Positions 1-38,371 of a stretch of 64,000 nt of DNA are shown in pieces; the first letter of the stretch is position 1; each line of letters starts with the position of its first letter. The notes under the pieces were generated by a model. That model saw only the letters and a list, made by a program, of their open reading frames with translations, was not told the origin of the DNA and made no database searches. The position numbers and the translations under genes are program-made. The stretch comes from Chrysomallon squamiferum (lineage: Eukaryota; Animalia; Mollusca), in contig CM022679.1 in NCBI GenBank assembly GCA_012295275.1, positions 26,536,001-26,600,000 of the forward strand. The letters run 5' to 3'.

Positions 1-132
1 TTCAACATCCGGTCGGCTGCTTGCCTTCGTTAGCAAAAATATTGAATGTCGCAGAAACTCTCTTAAGCTTTTGTTTTTCTGGTACCTGAGACTAGTGTGT
101 CTCGTCTGTTAAAGCATTCAGCCTACGAACGA

Positions 133-24186
<24,054 letters not shown>

Positions 24187-25673
24187 ATGTGAAATTCTGA
24201 TGTATCCCAGAGCTTGAAAACTTTTTTGACATTTTAAGAGTAGCCCAATGCTGGTAAGATTTCTAAATAGGTTTTTGTCTGACAAGCTACAATAGTTTGA
24301 AAATGTTCATGGTAATCTGGATTGCGTGTATAGAATGTAGAGAACAGTTCTAAATGTCTAACATTTACTTAATTAAATTTTAGTGATAGGGATAAGAATA
24401 TAAAACACACACTTACTCACAAAACACCACACACATGCACACACATGAACACACACACAAACAACATGAGACATATTTTAAATTTTTAAATTATTTTTTA
24501 TTTCCATAATTTGAAAATTTAAATATCAGATCTTACAAATTGCCCTGTTGATTTATTTCTTGGTATGTGGGAATGAAAGTAAATAAATTAATATGACAAA
24601 TACTTGTTAATACGGAAAATATTTAATTAATCATGCTGAAATATTTAAAATTATAATCAGTGAAAGCAAAACAGAAAGGAAAATATTTTCTTAAAGAGCT
24701 TAGATTAATGTAATAATTGTGATTATTAGCTTTTGAAATTAAAGATTCTGGAAAAGTTTTAAGATTGCTTAGTGTGGGATATTGTATTGTAAATGCTTTT
24801 CATATATTACGTATGAATTTTTCGTGTGCGTCTGCATGTGCGTGTGTGTGTGCGTGTGTGTGTTGGTAGGTATATACATATGTATCAGGTTGAGTATTTG
24901 TGTCAGAACATCTAATATTATATTTGGTTTTTGTTCTTTAGTTATGGAAGACTGTTTAGCAATTTCTATTGTTTCCTGATAAAAAAAATTTAACTGAATT
25001 GTAAAGATTGATTGGTCATAGTAGAATTTGTGTGTACAGATACTACAATATACAGTTTTGTGTTGATGTGTGATTCTATTTTTGTGTACAGCGTGTATTA
25101 TCTATATGAGTGATTAGTATTTGTGTACAACACAGATTTTTATGTATGTCTTGTGTTTGTTTTAACATTTGTGTTTAACAAACTTTTGTGTTGATTTTAA
25201 CATTAGTGTATATCAGATTTGGTGTTAATTTTAACTTGACATGTATATTTGGGAGATTTTTGTTTGTTAATATTAACACTATATATTTTTTTTTTTTTTT
25301 TGCTTAATATTTAACATATGTATATGTTTTGTGCTAATTTTAATGTGCATACAACTTAAGTTTTGTTAGTAATGGCATTTATATATAATGTATTACACAA
25401 GTTTTCAGTTGATAGTAAATATACTTGTAGGTTTAATATTAACATCTGTGTTAACACTTTTAACATATATACTCATGTTATATTTTGCATTTGTTAATAT
25501 TTTTAAAAAGTAATATTTATCACAATGCCTAAAAGAGATTTACACTTAATTATTAATACCTTTTACAAACATTTATTGCTTGTTCTGAACTTAAATGTTT
25601 ACAGTATTATAAGCTGTGTATTAAATTTAATTCTGTAAAAAAGTTTTAAATATGAAATATATTCCTGACAGAG

Positions 25674-25679
25674 AATAAA
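25674..25679 (+). promoter_or_regulatory. Candidate BTAF1 polyadenylation signal
   Basis: AATAAA followed by a T/GT-rich tract; one of several candidates. Confidence 0.3.
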
Positions 25680-27859
25680 TTGATTTTGTTGAATAATAAT
25701 TAAAACAATAGTTAAATATGTTTAATGATATTTTTTTCTTAATATAAAAATAACTTCTTACATTTTTGTTTTCTTCTTTCAATTTTATAAATTATATTTA
25801 TTCACCTGTATTATTTATAAAATAATAATCTTCTATAAATTCAGCTGAAACATAGACAGAACTGAATATAAAAAAAGTTTAAATTCTGCTTCCTCTGCTC
25901 CTGATAAAAACATTTTTCTTTTTAATACCTAGTACCATAAAAAGTTCAAAAATTATTTTGTACATTCCGTGTATTTTTTTTTTTTACATGATATTAATCT
26001 GTTTTAATTAATACATACTATTTTGACTTCCCTAAAATAATATAAGACAAGTACACAGATTGGACAATGTTATGGTTGTTTTAGGTTTCTTAGTTATATT
26101 AACTGGCTAAGCAGAAGGAATTTTTACAACTTGAATCTGTAGTGTTCTGTCTGTGTGGGGTACTGCAGCAGTCACATTAACATATTATTTTAATTTACCA
26201 AAGACAACTGAAAGAGTGCAGACTTAGGTTTGTAGTTTATTATAAAATTTAAAATGTGCTGACCAAAGTTTGAAGTCAAATACTAGCTTTGAATTTAAAA
26301 ACGTTTTGCTCAGAGCATCAGACATTCTGCTCACTGGTTTTGAAAAATTAGAGGGAATGTTGCTGTAGACTAAGGAAGCAAAATGGTTGTTGTGTGTTGC
26401 AAACTGGATAAGTTTATACTTAACATGAAAACAAGCAGTTGCAGGTAGTTTGGTATAGGTAAAGTAAATCTGACGATTTTTTATGTAATTAATTTCAAAT
26501 TTAATTTACTTCCAGGTATGATTTTTGTGTGTATGCGATTTTATATTAGTTTCTTTCTTTTTCATTTCTTGAAACTATATTTTTAAACTATTTAAAATCA
26601 GCCAAAAATAGTTGTAGTAGAATTTTTTTTTTATGGATTTTTGGGGGTTTATTCAAAACAGTTTCGTATTTTATTTATTTATTCTCCTCTTACAAATAAC
26701 TGCTTCTATATAATATAAAATGCTCATGGCAATAAACTTAATTATTTGAATTGTTTTTGTTTTTGTGTTTTTGTTTTATTGTTGTTTATAGTTGACACAA
26801 ACATCTCACTATTTCCATAGACTACTTGTCTCAAATAATCAGTTTGGCAGAGTTGATACATAATGTCACAATCATGTTTTTGCTTATTACAACAAGCATC
26901 CACAGGTTTAATCCTTCAATCAAACCACCAAACACAACTCTAAAATGTCCTGTTTTCTACTTACAGGTTAATAATGCATTTTGATACAAAATTTAAAGTT
27001 TAAAATAAAAGACCTGTAAAGTTGAATAATTATTATTATTATTTTTTTAAATAATAAAACACTCAACAAACATTCAGTATGATAATTTCATTTATCTTTC
27101 ATACACATAGTACATACATAGACTTTCATATGTATATATATAATTGATACATGTTTGTGAAATATTAAAAAATAATTGACATTTCAGTGTAACTTGTTCT
27201 GGCAAATAAAAATAAAAAATTAAAAATATATAAATACACCTGCCAGTTTAATGGCAGTACAAGCATTTATATGACCAGCAATCCAAATGAAGCAATTCTG
27301 TTATTTTTTTTTTTTTTCCTTTGATCAGCAGTTACAAATATACGACAAAATACTAATATACACATCTCAAGATCAGTATGTCAATAGTTATAAAAATAAT
27401 AATAAAATGAATAAAAAAATTAACCCCAAGAAGTAGGTATCTGCTATTGGCTTCATGTTTAAAAAAGTAAAAGTGATAATGAAAGACCCAAGGGTTTCTT
27501 AAATAGCTGGAAGCATTGATGTATTAATTAATTCATTACTATTTATTTACTTTAATCAGTAAATTTTACTAACTACTGACTATGAAAAAGATGCTTAAAT
27601 ACAGTTACTTCAAATTCAAGTAATACATGATCAATGCATTCTTTAATCTGTTCTTTTATTATACTTACGGTGAATGTATAGAAGGGAAAAAATAAAAATA
27701 ATAAATATAAACTGTAAAATTGCTTCCAAATTACATTTTCAATTCACTTTATATGTCAAGGATGTTATTAATAGCTGCTTTGAAATCTGTTTCTGTGGCA
27801 CTTCAATGATAACCAGTTCAATTTTGATAGAGATTTTTTTTTTTTTGCCTTCAATGTAA

Positions 27860-28235
27860 ACAAAAGCTCTTTGTTTTTCAATACTGGCAGAGTAAAAAGG
27901 ATGATTACCTACACTTCAAGTCAAGACAAAAAGCTCTCACTCTTTACATAAAGTATAATAAACGAGCTTCAAGTGTTCATTAGCAGAGAAAAAAGGTTCT
28001 ACTTGCACTTCACATACAACAAAAGCTCTATTTGCACTTCAGCCGAGACAAAAAGCTCTATCTGCACTTCATCTACAAATAAGCTGTACTTGCACTTCAG
28101 CTGAGACAAATGGCTCTAGAGATGCATTTCAAGCAAATACAAAAAAAAAAAAAGAAACAAAAAACAAAAAACCTGCATTTCATTTACAACAAAAAGATAT
28201 ATTTGCACTTCAGCTGAGACGAAAGCTTTTACCTG
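27860..28235. repeat. 28-30-bp degenerate tandem repeat
   Basis: Recurrent aaaagctcta.ttgcacttca; cores at 28003, 28032, 28062, 28090, 28203. Confidence 0.85.
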
Positions 28236-28711
28236 TTTTACAATATATGTCTTGTCATACAACGGCAAAAAAAAAAAAAATTAAAAAAATAAGAAGTTAA
28301 AAAAATTATCTTTATTGTATTGTCAGTAACAAATCCTGATCCAAGTAAGTCAGGAAGGAATACAGACATGCAAACCTATGTGTTTAATCATGATTCTAAG
28401 ATATACATAATAATAATAATAATAATAATAATAATTGTAATAAATACAAAATGTATGGCAAATTCAAGTACAACTATATACCACAGAATATGGTGACTCC
28501 TGCAATTAATAAAACGATTGCAGCAAATAGAAAAGAAAAGAAAAAGAAAAAGAAGTTACAAGAAAATATTGTCTTTGTTTTTTCATGGTATTGTCATTAT
28601 TAACAAATATCAAAATTTTACAAAAACAAAAAGTAAAAAAATATGTTTAAAAAATATGTTAAAAAAAAAAAAAATAAATAAAAATAAAAATTAGAAAAAT
28701 TAAAAATTATA

Positions 28712-28756
<45 letters not shown>

Positions 28757-30078
28757 CAATATTCATAATAAAAATAATAAATTATTGATATTACTGAATG
28801 CAAAAGCAGATAGAAATTGGCAGTGTGTGTAAAAAAAAGCAGTGAGATTTAATAAAAAAAAAAAAAAATAAAAAATAAACATGTACATTAAGGCCACAAT
28901 GTTACAGTGAACAAGACAGAAACCAGTGAAGAAATCATTAAAGACTATCCAAATATCAAAGTCACTCCAAATTATTGACAATACAGTTCCTTGAAATACA
29001 ACTGTCAAAAGAAGTATATGACAACGATTTCAAAAATGTTTGATGCACGCATATGAATTGTTTTAAAAAACAATTTAAAAAATAATAATTTAATATTTCA
29101 AGTTATCAATAGTTGAAATGTGTCCTTTATTTGAAAAAGAAAAGTATATGTACATGCACACATACATAAATATATATATATATATAAAAAAATAAAAAAT
29201 AAATTAATAAGCAAAAGATAAAATTAAAACCAGTGTGAACAATTTTAAAACTGTTTAAAAAGTGTTTACACTTATTAAAAAGAAGAAAAAAAAAAAAAAA
29301 AAACACCAAAAAATATAAATCAATAAAAATAATTACTTATTATATATCAGAATCTAAATACATGGCTTAAAAAAACAATTGAAAGATCATTAATATTCAA
29401 AGTGTAAAATTAATATTACAATTTCAGTTCATTAGCATACTGTCCACATTTTTTCCTTTAAAAAAAAAAAAGAAGGAAAAACGGAAAAAAAAAAGAAAGC
29501 AGAAATGAAACGAATTCATCATTTGTCGTCAGTCCAGATAAAATGCTTCTAAATCTCAGTCATGTAATTTTAAGGTGCAAGATAACGCTTAATGTTCAGA
29601 ATTACTCTGAAACGCAAAAAAAAAAATGCACAACTTTCTGAATTAATAAAAAAAAACAATGAAAAAGAAGAAAAATGTGTAGCTCAAACTATCATGTAAC
29701 CAAAAAAACAAATCAAACTTCTTGGTCAGGAGAATGACCATAAATGTCCAAGAGTCAAAATACAGTCATGTTGTTTCCACTATTCTTCTTATGCATAAAG
29801 TAAGAACAATATTTGATATCTACATGTCAAATTAGGAAAAATGATTTCATATTTTGTTTTTCACTATATAAACTAAAATTTTAATTTCTGCAGGATTTAG
29901 TAACTGCTAAGATTTGAATTAGGAGTCAGGTTAAAAGAATGCATTCAAATCTATTTTAAAAATCCAATACACAGCACAACTATTTTAAAAATGAATAAGT
30001 AACATTTAAAATTTGAAAATATTTCCAATACCTTCTGAAATGAAAGTTTTATGCTTTTCACTTTTTACCTTATGTTGC

Positions 30079-30113
<35 letters not shown>

Positions 30114-31527
30114 TTCTAAATTCCTTTTTTATTATTATTGTCTTTCTATTTTTTTAACCTAACAGTTTAAAAAAAAAAAAAAAACTATCATAATTAGTGA
30201 TGGAAAATTGATATTTCAAGTGTTTTTTAAATTATTCAATTTTTACAATAAAGACTTATTAATCCTCCAACAGATTGTTTCTACAAATCATTTCTTATTT
30301 ATATTTCCACATTTTATATTGCTCCATTGTTTTATCATATAGTTTATCAAAGAGGTTTCTGTAATAAACCAAAATAATTGGTACCTGACAATATTACTTT
30401 GACTATGCTGTTCTGTAAAGAACAATTTATTTTTTATTATTTTAATTTTTTTTATTATTATTATTGTATTTTATTGTTGTTTTTTTTTTTTTTTTTTTTT
30501 TGAAAATTTTAATTGTTTTTACTGTTAGGACGGACAATAAACCTTCATGAAATAAATTGTTGATCAATGGGCACAAGACAGCTCCAATGAGGCACTTCTT
30601 AATCTGTGGTTCAGCAAAACTACTGAGCTATACAGAAAAATGGTGAGGATATTGAACTTGATACAATTATGATATAAAATATTGTTGCTCTTTTTAACTG
30701 CAAATATGACAGAATTCTGGAGAACTGAAATAAATATCTTATTATTTAAAAAAAAAAAAAAAAAAATAATAATAATAATTAAAAAATCACAAAAGCAGAT
30801 TAATGAAACCAAGGCAAATAATAATCATAATGAGGTAAAAACATCAATTTTGTAACACCATATCACACACACACCTTTTTTTTTTTTTTTTTTTTTAATA
30901 ATAATAAAAAGTCAGTTTATCATTTTTATTATTTTTAATATTATTTATTCAGAGAAAATCTCTAAACTTTTATCTCCCTTTTTCAGTTTTATTTGATTTC
31001 AATGGATTGTGCGTTGAACTGTTTCAAAAGACTGAACTAGAGAAATCCATACAGAACAATTAAATTTTGCATTCTAGACACATGCAAATCAAAACCAATG
31101 ATTCCAACATTTGGTATAAAAATCAGTTGAGCAAATGATTCTAATTATCCAATTTATATTAATCCTACGATTTTTTAAGTCTTAACACTATAATCCTGAT
31201 TAAGAAATGACAAACACCTTTTGTTTTTCCTCAAGAAATATATATATATATATATATATCTGTGACATGTCTGTATGTAAAAACAAATTTCTCTGATATA
31301 GTTTACACCTGTAATACTCCAAGATACAATTTCTCAGATTACAAAATAAAATCCTCAAAAGATTTATTATTTCAATGTAAGGATTATATATCCCAGACCA
31401 AAATAATTAAATAAAAAAAAAAAAAAAAAAAAAAAAAATAAAAAAAAAAAAAAAAGAAATAAATAAATAAATAAAATAAATAAAAAATAATAATTTGAAA
31501 AAAAAAAAAATGAAAATGAGTCATTAC

Positions 31528-31567
<40 letters not shown>

Positions 31568-33242
31568 ACTGATAAAACGATAAAAAAAAAAAAAAAAAAA
31601 AAAGTCATACACGTAACTATACAACACATACACTTATATACAAATGCTGCATTAAACATAATGCCAATAGTTATGTGACTATAGGAGAGAGGGGAAAATA
31701 AAAATAACCAACAAAATGAGAATATGTAACTGGTATGTATGATTCACATTCAATAAATAGATGTATGTATATTTTATATTTGAAATTAAGCAGTCCAATC
31801 CATTTTCTGATTACAAACAGACAAAAAAAAAAAAAATAAAAATCAAAATAAATTTTATAAAAGACCCTGACTACTAGTAATGCTAATAAAATAACAATTT
31901 CTATATGTATATATTTATAAGCCTATCGACAAATACAAACATAAAATGCAGTTTTAACAGTAAAGGATTACATATTAATATCTATTAAAATAACAGAATA
32001 ATAAAATAATTCTATTTATTTTAATTGTTAAAAGGAAACATATAAATATGATTTAAAGTAACTTTATATCTTTAATCTACTGAAAACTGAACTGTGAATC
32101 TGATAAGAATATTAACAGTTAATACAATTTATTATCTATAATACTATCTATCTGTAAAAATATTTTCCTGATTCCAGACATATACAGTAATACATAACTG
32201 ATATAACCCTGATTATACACTATTTATTACAGATCATTTTGTTCAGTAGTAATTTAGTTTAGTTTATAATTTTGCTGTCAAATTTAATTTGGTTACTGCT
32301 AGAATTACTTCTTTATTTATTTTTTTAATGTAATTGCCATCATACATTAATCAATTCAACTACTATAATAAATTATTTTAATTCAGAATTACTGTGCTGA
32401 ATTATTTTAGGATAATGATTGAAGCAGCAGAACATAAATTAAGCATATTTGTTAGCTACAATCCTGTTTTTGTTGACAATTTAATTATTTGCTAATAATC
32501 TTTGATATTTTGAATATTTTTCAGATTAAGTTACGAAAAATTAGTCCATAGTTTTATATGTTACCATGAGACAGTAACTTTCAGCTTAATATCCCATAGG
32601 TTAATGTTAATTTATATATATAAATTTTGTTATAGATGTAAAATAAAAATTTTGTCAGCAACTGATGTTAAAATCATTTATTAAAACAAGCAGAACACTT
32701 TTCTTTTTTAAAAAATGAAAATTTAATTACCAAAGAAGAAAACAGTTACAGAAACAGGAAGATATAAAAAAAAAAAAAAATAAAAAAATAGAAAATAAAA
32801 TTTCGTAACAATCTTTGCTTTCACACTTTTAAAATTTGTACCTACAATAACTGATATCTCTTACACACAATATATTTACGATCTTTTGAATATCATACAA
32901 TTTTATAAGAATTCTCACATCAATTAAATTTTATAAAAAAAATAATAATAATAATAATAATAAACTAAGAAGAAGACAAAGAAAATAGCACTGATTTATA
33001 TAAATTTTTTATCTGGGTTCATGAAATTCCGTTTCAGACTCAAACCAAAATTTATTCCAAGATTCATAAGAATTTATTCCTTCATCTAACAGTATTTTCT
33101 GAACAATATTGTCTCATTAACTGCACAGAAACTTTTTTAACAAATAAATTTCCAAATTGTTAAATAAAAATCTGTTATCCTTTCAATGATTAAAATTGAT
33201 AAGATAATTATTTTTGAAAGACATTTTTGTGGGGCAAAACAA

Positions 33243-33294
<52 letters not shown>

Positions 33295-33403
33295 TCCTAT
33301 AAAAATGTTTTATCAGGATTGTGACCTCAAAAAATCAATGCACATGATCTTTGTTACAGATTGGCCTAAAAATTACCCAACAGAAAGAATAATAATAATA
33401 ATC

Positions 33404-33441
<38 letters not shown>

Positions 33442-33636
33442 TGATGATGATGATGATGATATCAAAAAAGAAATCAAATTATAAACAAGAACCTATAAAA
33501 ACATAAGAAAAACAAAAGTAAAGATGGACAAAAGTAAAAAAGAACAAACAAAACAAAACAAACAAATTTTTTTTTTTAAATTAAGAACCAGTCATGTAAT
33601 AACATTACTTTTATGATTTTGATATATAAAATAATA

Positions 33637-33683
<47 letters not shown>

Positions 33684-33950
33684 CTAATAATAATAATTAA
33701 TAATAATTAAAAAAAATACAAATGTACAATTTGATCAACAAATATACACTCAGATCTTTTTTTCTTTTTTTTTTATCTGGCACCTTTTCCTCCCCCAACC
33801 CATTTCTCCTGAAGATTAATACAGTATAAGCATACCACAGTACATGATTCTGTTTTGATCAAGGACATATATATGTAAGAAATACTCTGTCCCACCCTAA
33901 CCCACAAATCCATTCCACGTTTTTTGTTTTTTGTGTTTTCTCACTCTTCC

Positions 33951-34150
33951 TCATAAAAACGGATTGTAGCCCTGGGGCTGAGCCTGGGGCTGGGGTGTAG
34001 TGTTCAGCGGAATAAGGGGGGTGGGGAGCAGTCCTGCACTCACTGGCTGACTGAAGCCTGGCTGTGTGTTCTGTAGCTGACTCATCGGAACTCGCGAGGT
34101 TGGCACTTCGAAGGGGTTGTTTGAAGCCGATGTGGCAAATGGGTTGTTTC
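33951..34150 (-). CDS. EPN: Epsin last coding exon (NPF motifs)
   Basis: ccgcag|GA AAC AAC CCA TTT; NNPFATSASNNPF...QGYNPFL-TGA. Confidence 0.93.
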
Positions 34151-34195
34151 CTGCGGGTTTTGAAAACAATATTAATACTCACAAATACACCTGTC

Positions 34196-34237
<42 letters not shown>

Positions 34238-37212
34238 TGTGAACATGTATTTATTATGCATGTGTGTAAAGATGTATGTTTATCTATCTATGCATCTGAA
34301 ACAATATTACACGTATACGTACTCACAAATATATCTATATTTATATATCTAATTTTCCTGCAGATTTGAAAACAGTGTTACACATATACACACTCACAAA
34401 TACAGCTTTTATGTTTGTTTGTGTATGTGTGTGTATGTACATGTGTGTGTGTGTGTGTGTGTGTGTGCATGAGTAGATCTTTAATCTGTCTCTTTAATTT
34501 CCTTAAATATATATATTCTCACAAACTGTCTACCTGTAGATATATTTGTCAGCCATAAATAATGCATTAAATCCAGTTATTGTATATCATTACAATTTCT
34601 CAAGAATTAAACAAAAAGGTTGTGTATTACATTGCTGTAAATCAAATAGTTGTTGTTAGTCTATTTCATAACAAAGGACTGATATTTTACTGACTGTTAA
34701 TAAAATACAAACACTGGCTTAATAACTGTCCAAATATTTAAGCATTTATGTACTGACCAGAAAGGGTTGAATTTTTTCTTTTAGTTACTTGTATCAGAAA
34801 ATATTTTCTTTTACAGTAATTATTATTCACAACAGTTAGTTTTTTTTTTCTTTCTTTTTTTTTTGTTTTTTTTTTTTTGGTAGATAATTCCTTATTAAAC
34901 AACAAATTACTTTTACTGTTATTTTAATGGAAATCTTAATATTAAAAAAAAAAAAAAAGTCATATTATTCATAACAGTGTTAATATGAACTGACAAACTT
35001 TAAATGAACTAGATTTTAACAATAACGGATAAAATTTCAAATAATCAGAATAATTTCTCTGACAGGTTCCTCAAAAAACCGAGCAGTATAAACAAACCTT
35101 TCACAGGTTCCTTGGAAACAAGTTCATCTAAATTAACAAGCCCAGTATGTGCACCCAAGAAATCCAATGGCGATTTCTTTCTTTCCGGTAATGACTGGGA
35201 AACAGGTTCCATGTTCCACGTGCCGTTATTACTGTCAGATTTAGATGCTGTAAACAGTCAAGTAAACTAATAATTAAACACAAAGGACTCATTTTCATCA
35301 ACATTTTATTTCACACACACACACATATATATATATATGAATTTCACTAAGCCTCGACATTATTCCCTAGTTTTTGTTCATCTCCTTCTATACTGTTTGT
35401 TTTTATTACTACCTTCTCATCTGTATCTATTTAGTATATTATTATCTTTAACATTATCTTCTCTACAAAAAAATAAAGGACAGTACCTAAGGGATCAAAG
35501 GCCTGAGCTGCACTGGCAGCAGCTGGTTTTGATGGTGACACATCAGTGCTGCGTGAACTCAGCAGGTCAAACGCATCGTCTATGTTGTTGGTGCCGTTCG
35601 TGGCTGGTTGGGGTGATGAAGAAAAGGCACCCAAGCCAGCACTGTTCTGGGCAGGTGCAGGTGCAGGTGCAGGTGAAGGTGAAGCACCCCACTGGGGTGA
35701 ACTCCAAGGATTAGCAGTTGGTAGACCTAGAAATACATTTTAAAAATTTGCAATAAAAAATGTTTGTTCTGAACTTGAACCATGTCTGCAATATTAAAAG
35801 AACACACACACACATATGCACATATATACACATAAATCATTAAACATTATATATCTTTTACATTTAAACTCACTGAAAAAGTCAAGGCATGAAAAATTAA
35901 AAAATAAAATAAAATAAAATAAAATAAATAAAAAGGGATGGAGATCATGAAACAGTAGAAATAAATGGTTTTAAAATTTATCATGTGTGTTATGTACAAG
36001 CTGAAATGGAATATAAATAAATGTACAGATTAAATAAAATTCAGCATAAAACTCAATACTCTGCCACTAAGTTTGCTTAGCACAAAGGCTATACAGTAAG
36101 TTTGCTTGCGTAGACACAGACATACAATGCCTAACTTTAAATTTCAGTAAATTATACAATGTTGAACGCTCTGTTGCATAGCTTTAACTCCACTATTATT
36201 TCCATATTTCATAGCCAAATTTTAAAGGCTTTATCGAGTTCATGAATATATATATATATATAATAATATATACACACATAACTTAACTAATACTGCTAAT
36301 CGATAACAACAGTCTGTAGAATGGCAGTAACATATCTCATCTTTCATATATCATTACAAAATGGCATGCACCATTAATCAAACTGTATGGAAATGTCATA
36401 ACATTCATTCATTCAATACTCTATTATCTTTCAATCAAGAGCAGTGACAGATTTTAAATACAAATCTATTCATTGCTTTACACAACAGCTTGGACCTGTC
36501 TTTTCAAACTCAGTGGTAGCTGCTGTAGATTTTTTTATATCACACTATTATTCTTTGTTTGTCCATTGAAAAATGCTTGAAAGAGTTGAAGTAGAATTTT
36601 AGCATGATGTAATGTTGAATGTTATTATGCAATCAACTGAAAATATACATACATACATACATATGTACATACCAATGTATGTACATATACAGATATATAC
36701 CCACAAAACACATGTCAAGAAAGATAAAAAAAAATTTAAAATATTTAAAAAATAAAATTAATAATTAAACAACAACAACAACAACAATAAAACCAACAAC
36801 AAAATAAAATAAAATAATAAAACAAAATAAATCAAGAAATATAAATTTAAAATCTTACCTCCTTGTGAACTTGTTTTGGAAGTATCGCTCGCAGGAGTCC
36901 AAGGATCAGCACTTGCAGCTGCTGGAGCTGGTGACACCCAGACATCATGTTGCTGCTGCTGCTGCTGCTGCTGTTGTTGTTGCAGTTGTGGGGAGTGCAC
37001 TGGTCTTGGGATTACCTGTGACATCAAGAGGAGCACCCCAGGGGTCAGTAGGGGTTGAGTTTTGTAATGGCATGCCCCAAGGATCAGTCGTTCCCTTTGC
37101 ACCAGGATGACCCAGTTTGACATTTCTTTGTGGATGTTCAGGTGGCTAGAAGCAAAAGAATATTACATACATCTGACAGTGGTTAAAAAAACGTATATAT
37201 TATTAAATAAAC

Positions 37213-37270
<58 letters not shown>

Positions 37271-37632
37271 AATAAAATATATAACACCAAAAATAATTTT
37301 ACAGAAACATGTAGATATTTAGGTTTTTATCCTGCAAAACTTATTTTTATTTTTGGGTTTTTTTTTTTTTATATGCAAAAAAATAAATAAAAATAAAATA
37401 AAATGTTAAATGATTTTAATTCAAGTTAATTTTAGTCTCAGCTTCATACTCAGCAAACAAATATTATTAACTTTATTTTTATTGTCATTGTTTCTTTAAA
37501 GAATACTTTAAAAGCTTGATAATGTAGAAAACTGGAAATATATTTCTTTTTTTTAAATAAATATCAGAGATGGAAAGGTTATAATTCTAAGCAGTTATTC
37601 AAATGCAAATGATTTTAGTGTGGTTATTATTA

Positions 37633-37675
<43 letters not shown>

Positions 37676-38094
37676 TGTTTTGCAATTACATATTTTGGTT
37701 TCTTAATTACTTAATCTACTTGTAATTCATTAAAATACTTTTGCCATTTGTTTAAAGGTTGTAACAAAGATTTTCTTCCTTTATAAAATAATGCAATAAC
37801 ATTAAACACAAATAAGTTTTGCTTCTTTAATGGCAGGCAAAAAACAAAACAAAAAAAAGAAATAATAATACATTTAGTCATGCTTTGACACAAATAAAAT
37901 GTTAATAAAACCACACAAAAAATAGATCCAACAGTATTAATATATTACTGCAATTTTTTCTAGTTCAAATTTTTTTTTGTAAAATAAATAAATAAATAAC
38001 AAAAACTAAATAAATAATTTTTCAGTGTAACATTCCACACAGAGAAAAGTTCATTCACAATAAGAAGCCATGATCACATGCGTAAAAAAAAAAA

Positions 38095-38128
<34 letters not shown>

Positions 38129-38328
38129 GTTTTTTTTTCCAGTTTGATTAGTTTTGAGAAGTAGGGGTGACATATGAAGATAAGAATTATTGTTTACTTG
38201 TTTATTATTATTATTTTTTTATATTTTATATTTTTCTTTTTTAAAGAAAAGTTTCACTTCAAAGAAATAATTTATATATATTCCGCACGAATCCGTATTT
38301 CTTTCTTTTGATGTCTGATTTCATTTGA

Positions 38329-38371
<43 letters not shown>

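Noticed and set aside
33970-34030. G-rich plus-strand tract as a G-quadruplex
   Set aside because: Explained by Pro/Gln codons of the epsin last exon
36971-37015. Tiny intron from GTAATC to an AG in the CAG repeat as the fix for the epsin frame break
   Set aside because: 45 nt (and later CAGs) are multiples of 3 so the frame is not repaired; the nearby AG that would repair it gives a 16-nt intron, too short for the spliceosome
36865-37110. Plus-strand poly-Cys and poly-Ala ORFs
   Set aside because: Antisense shadows of the epsin CAG repeat
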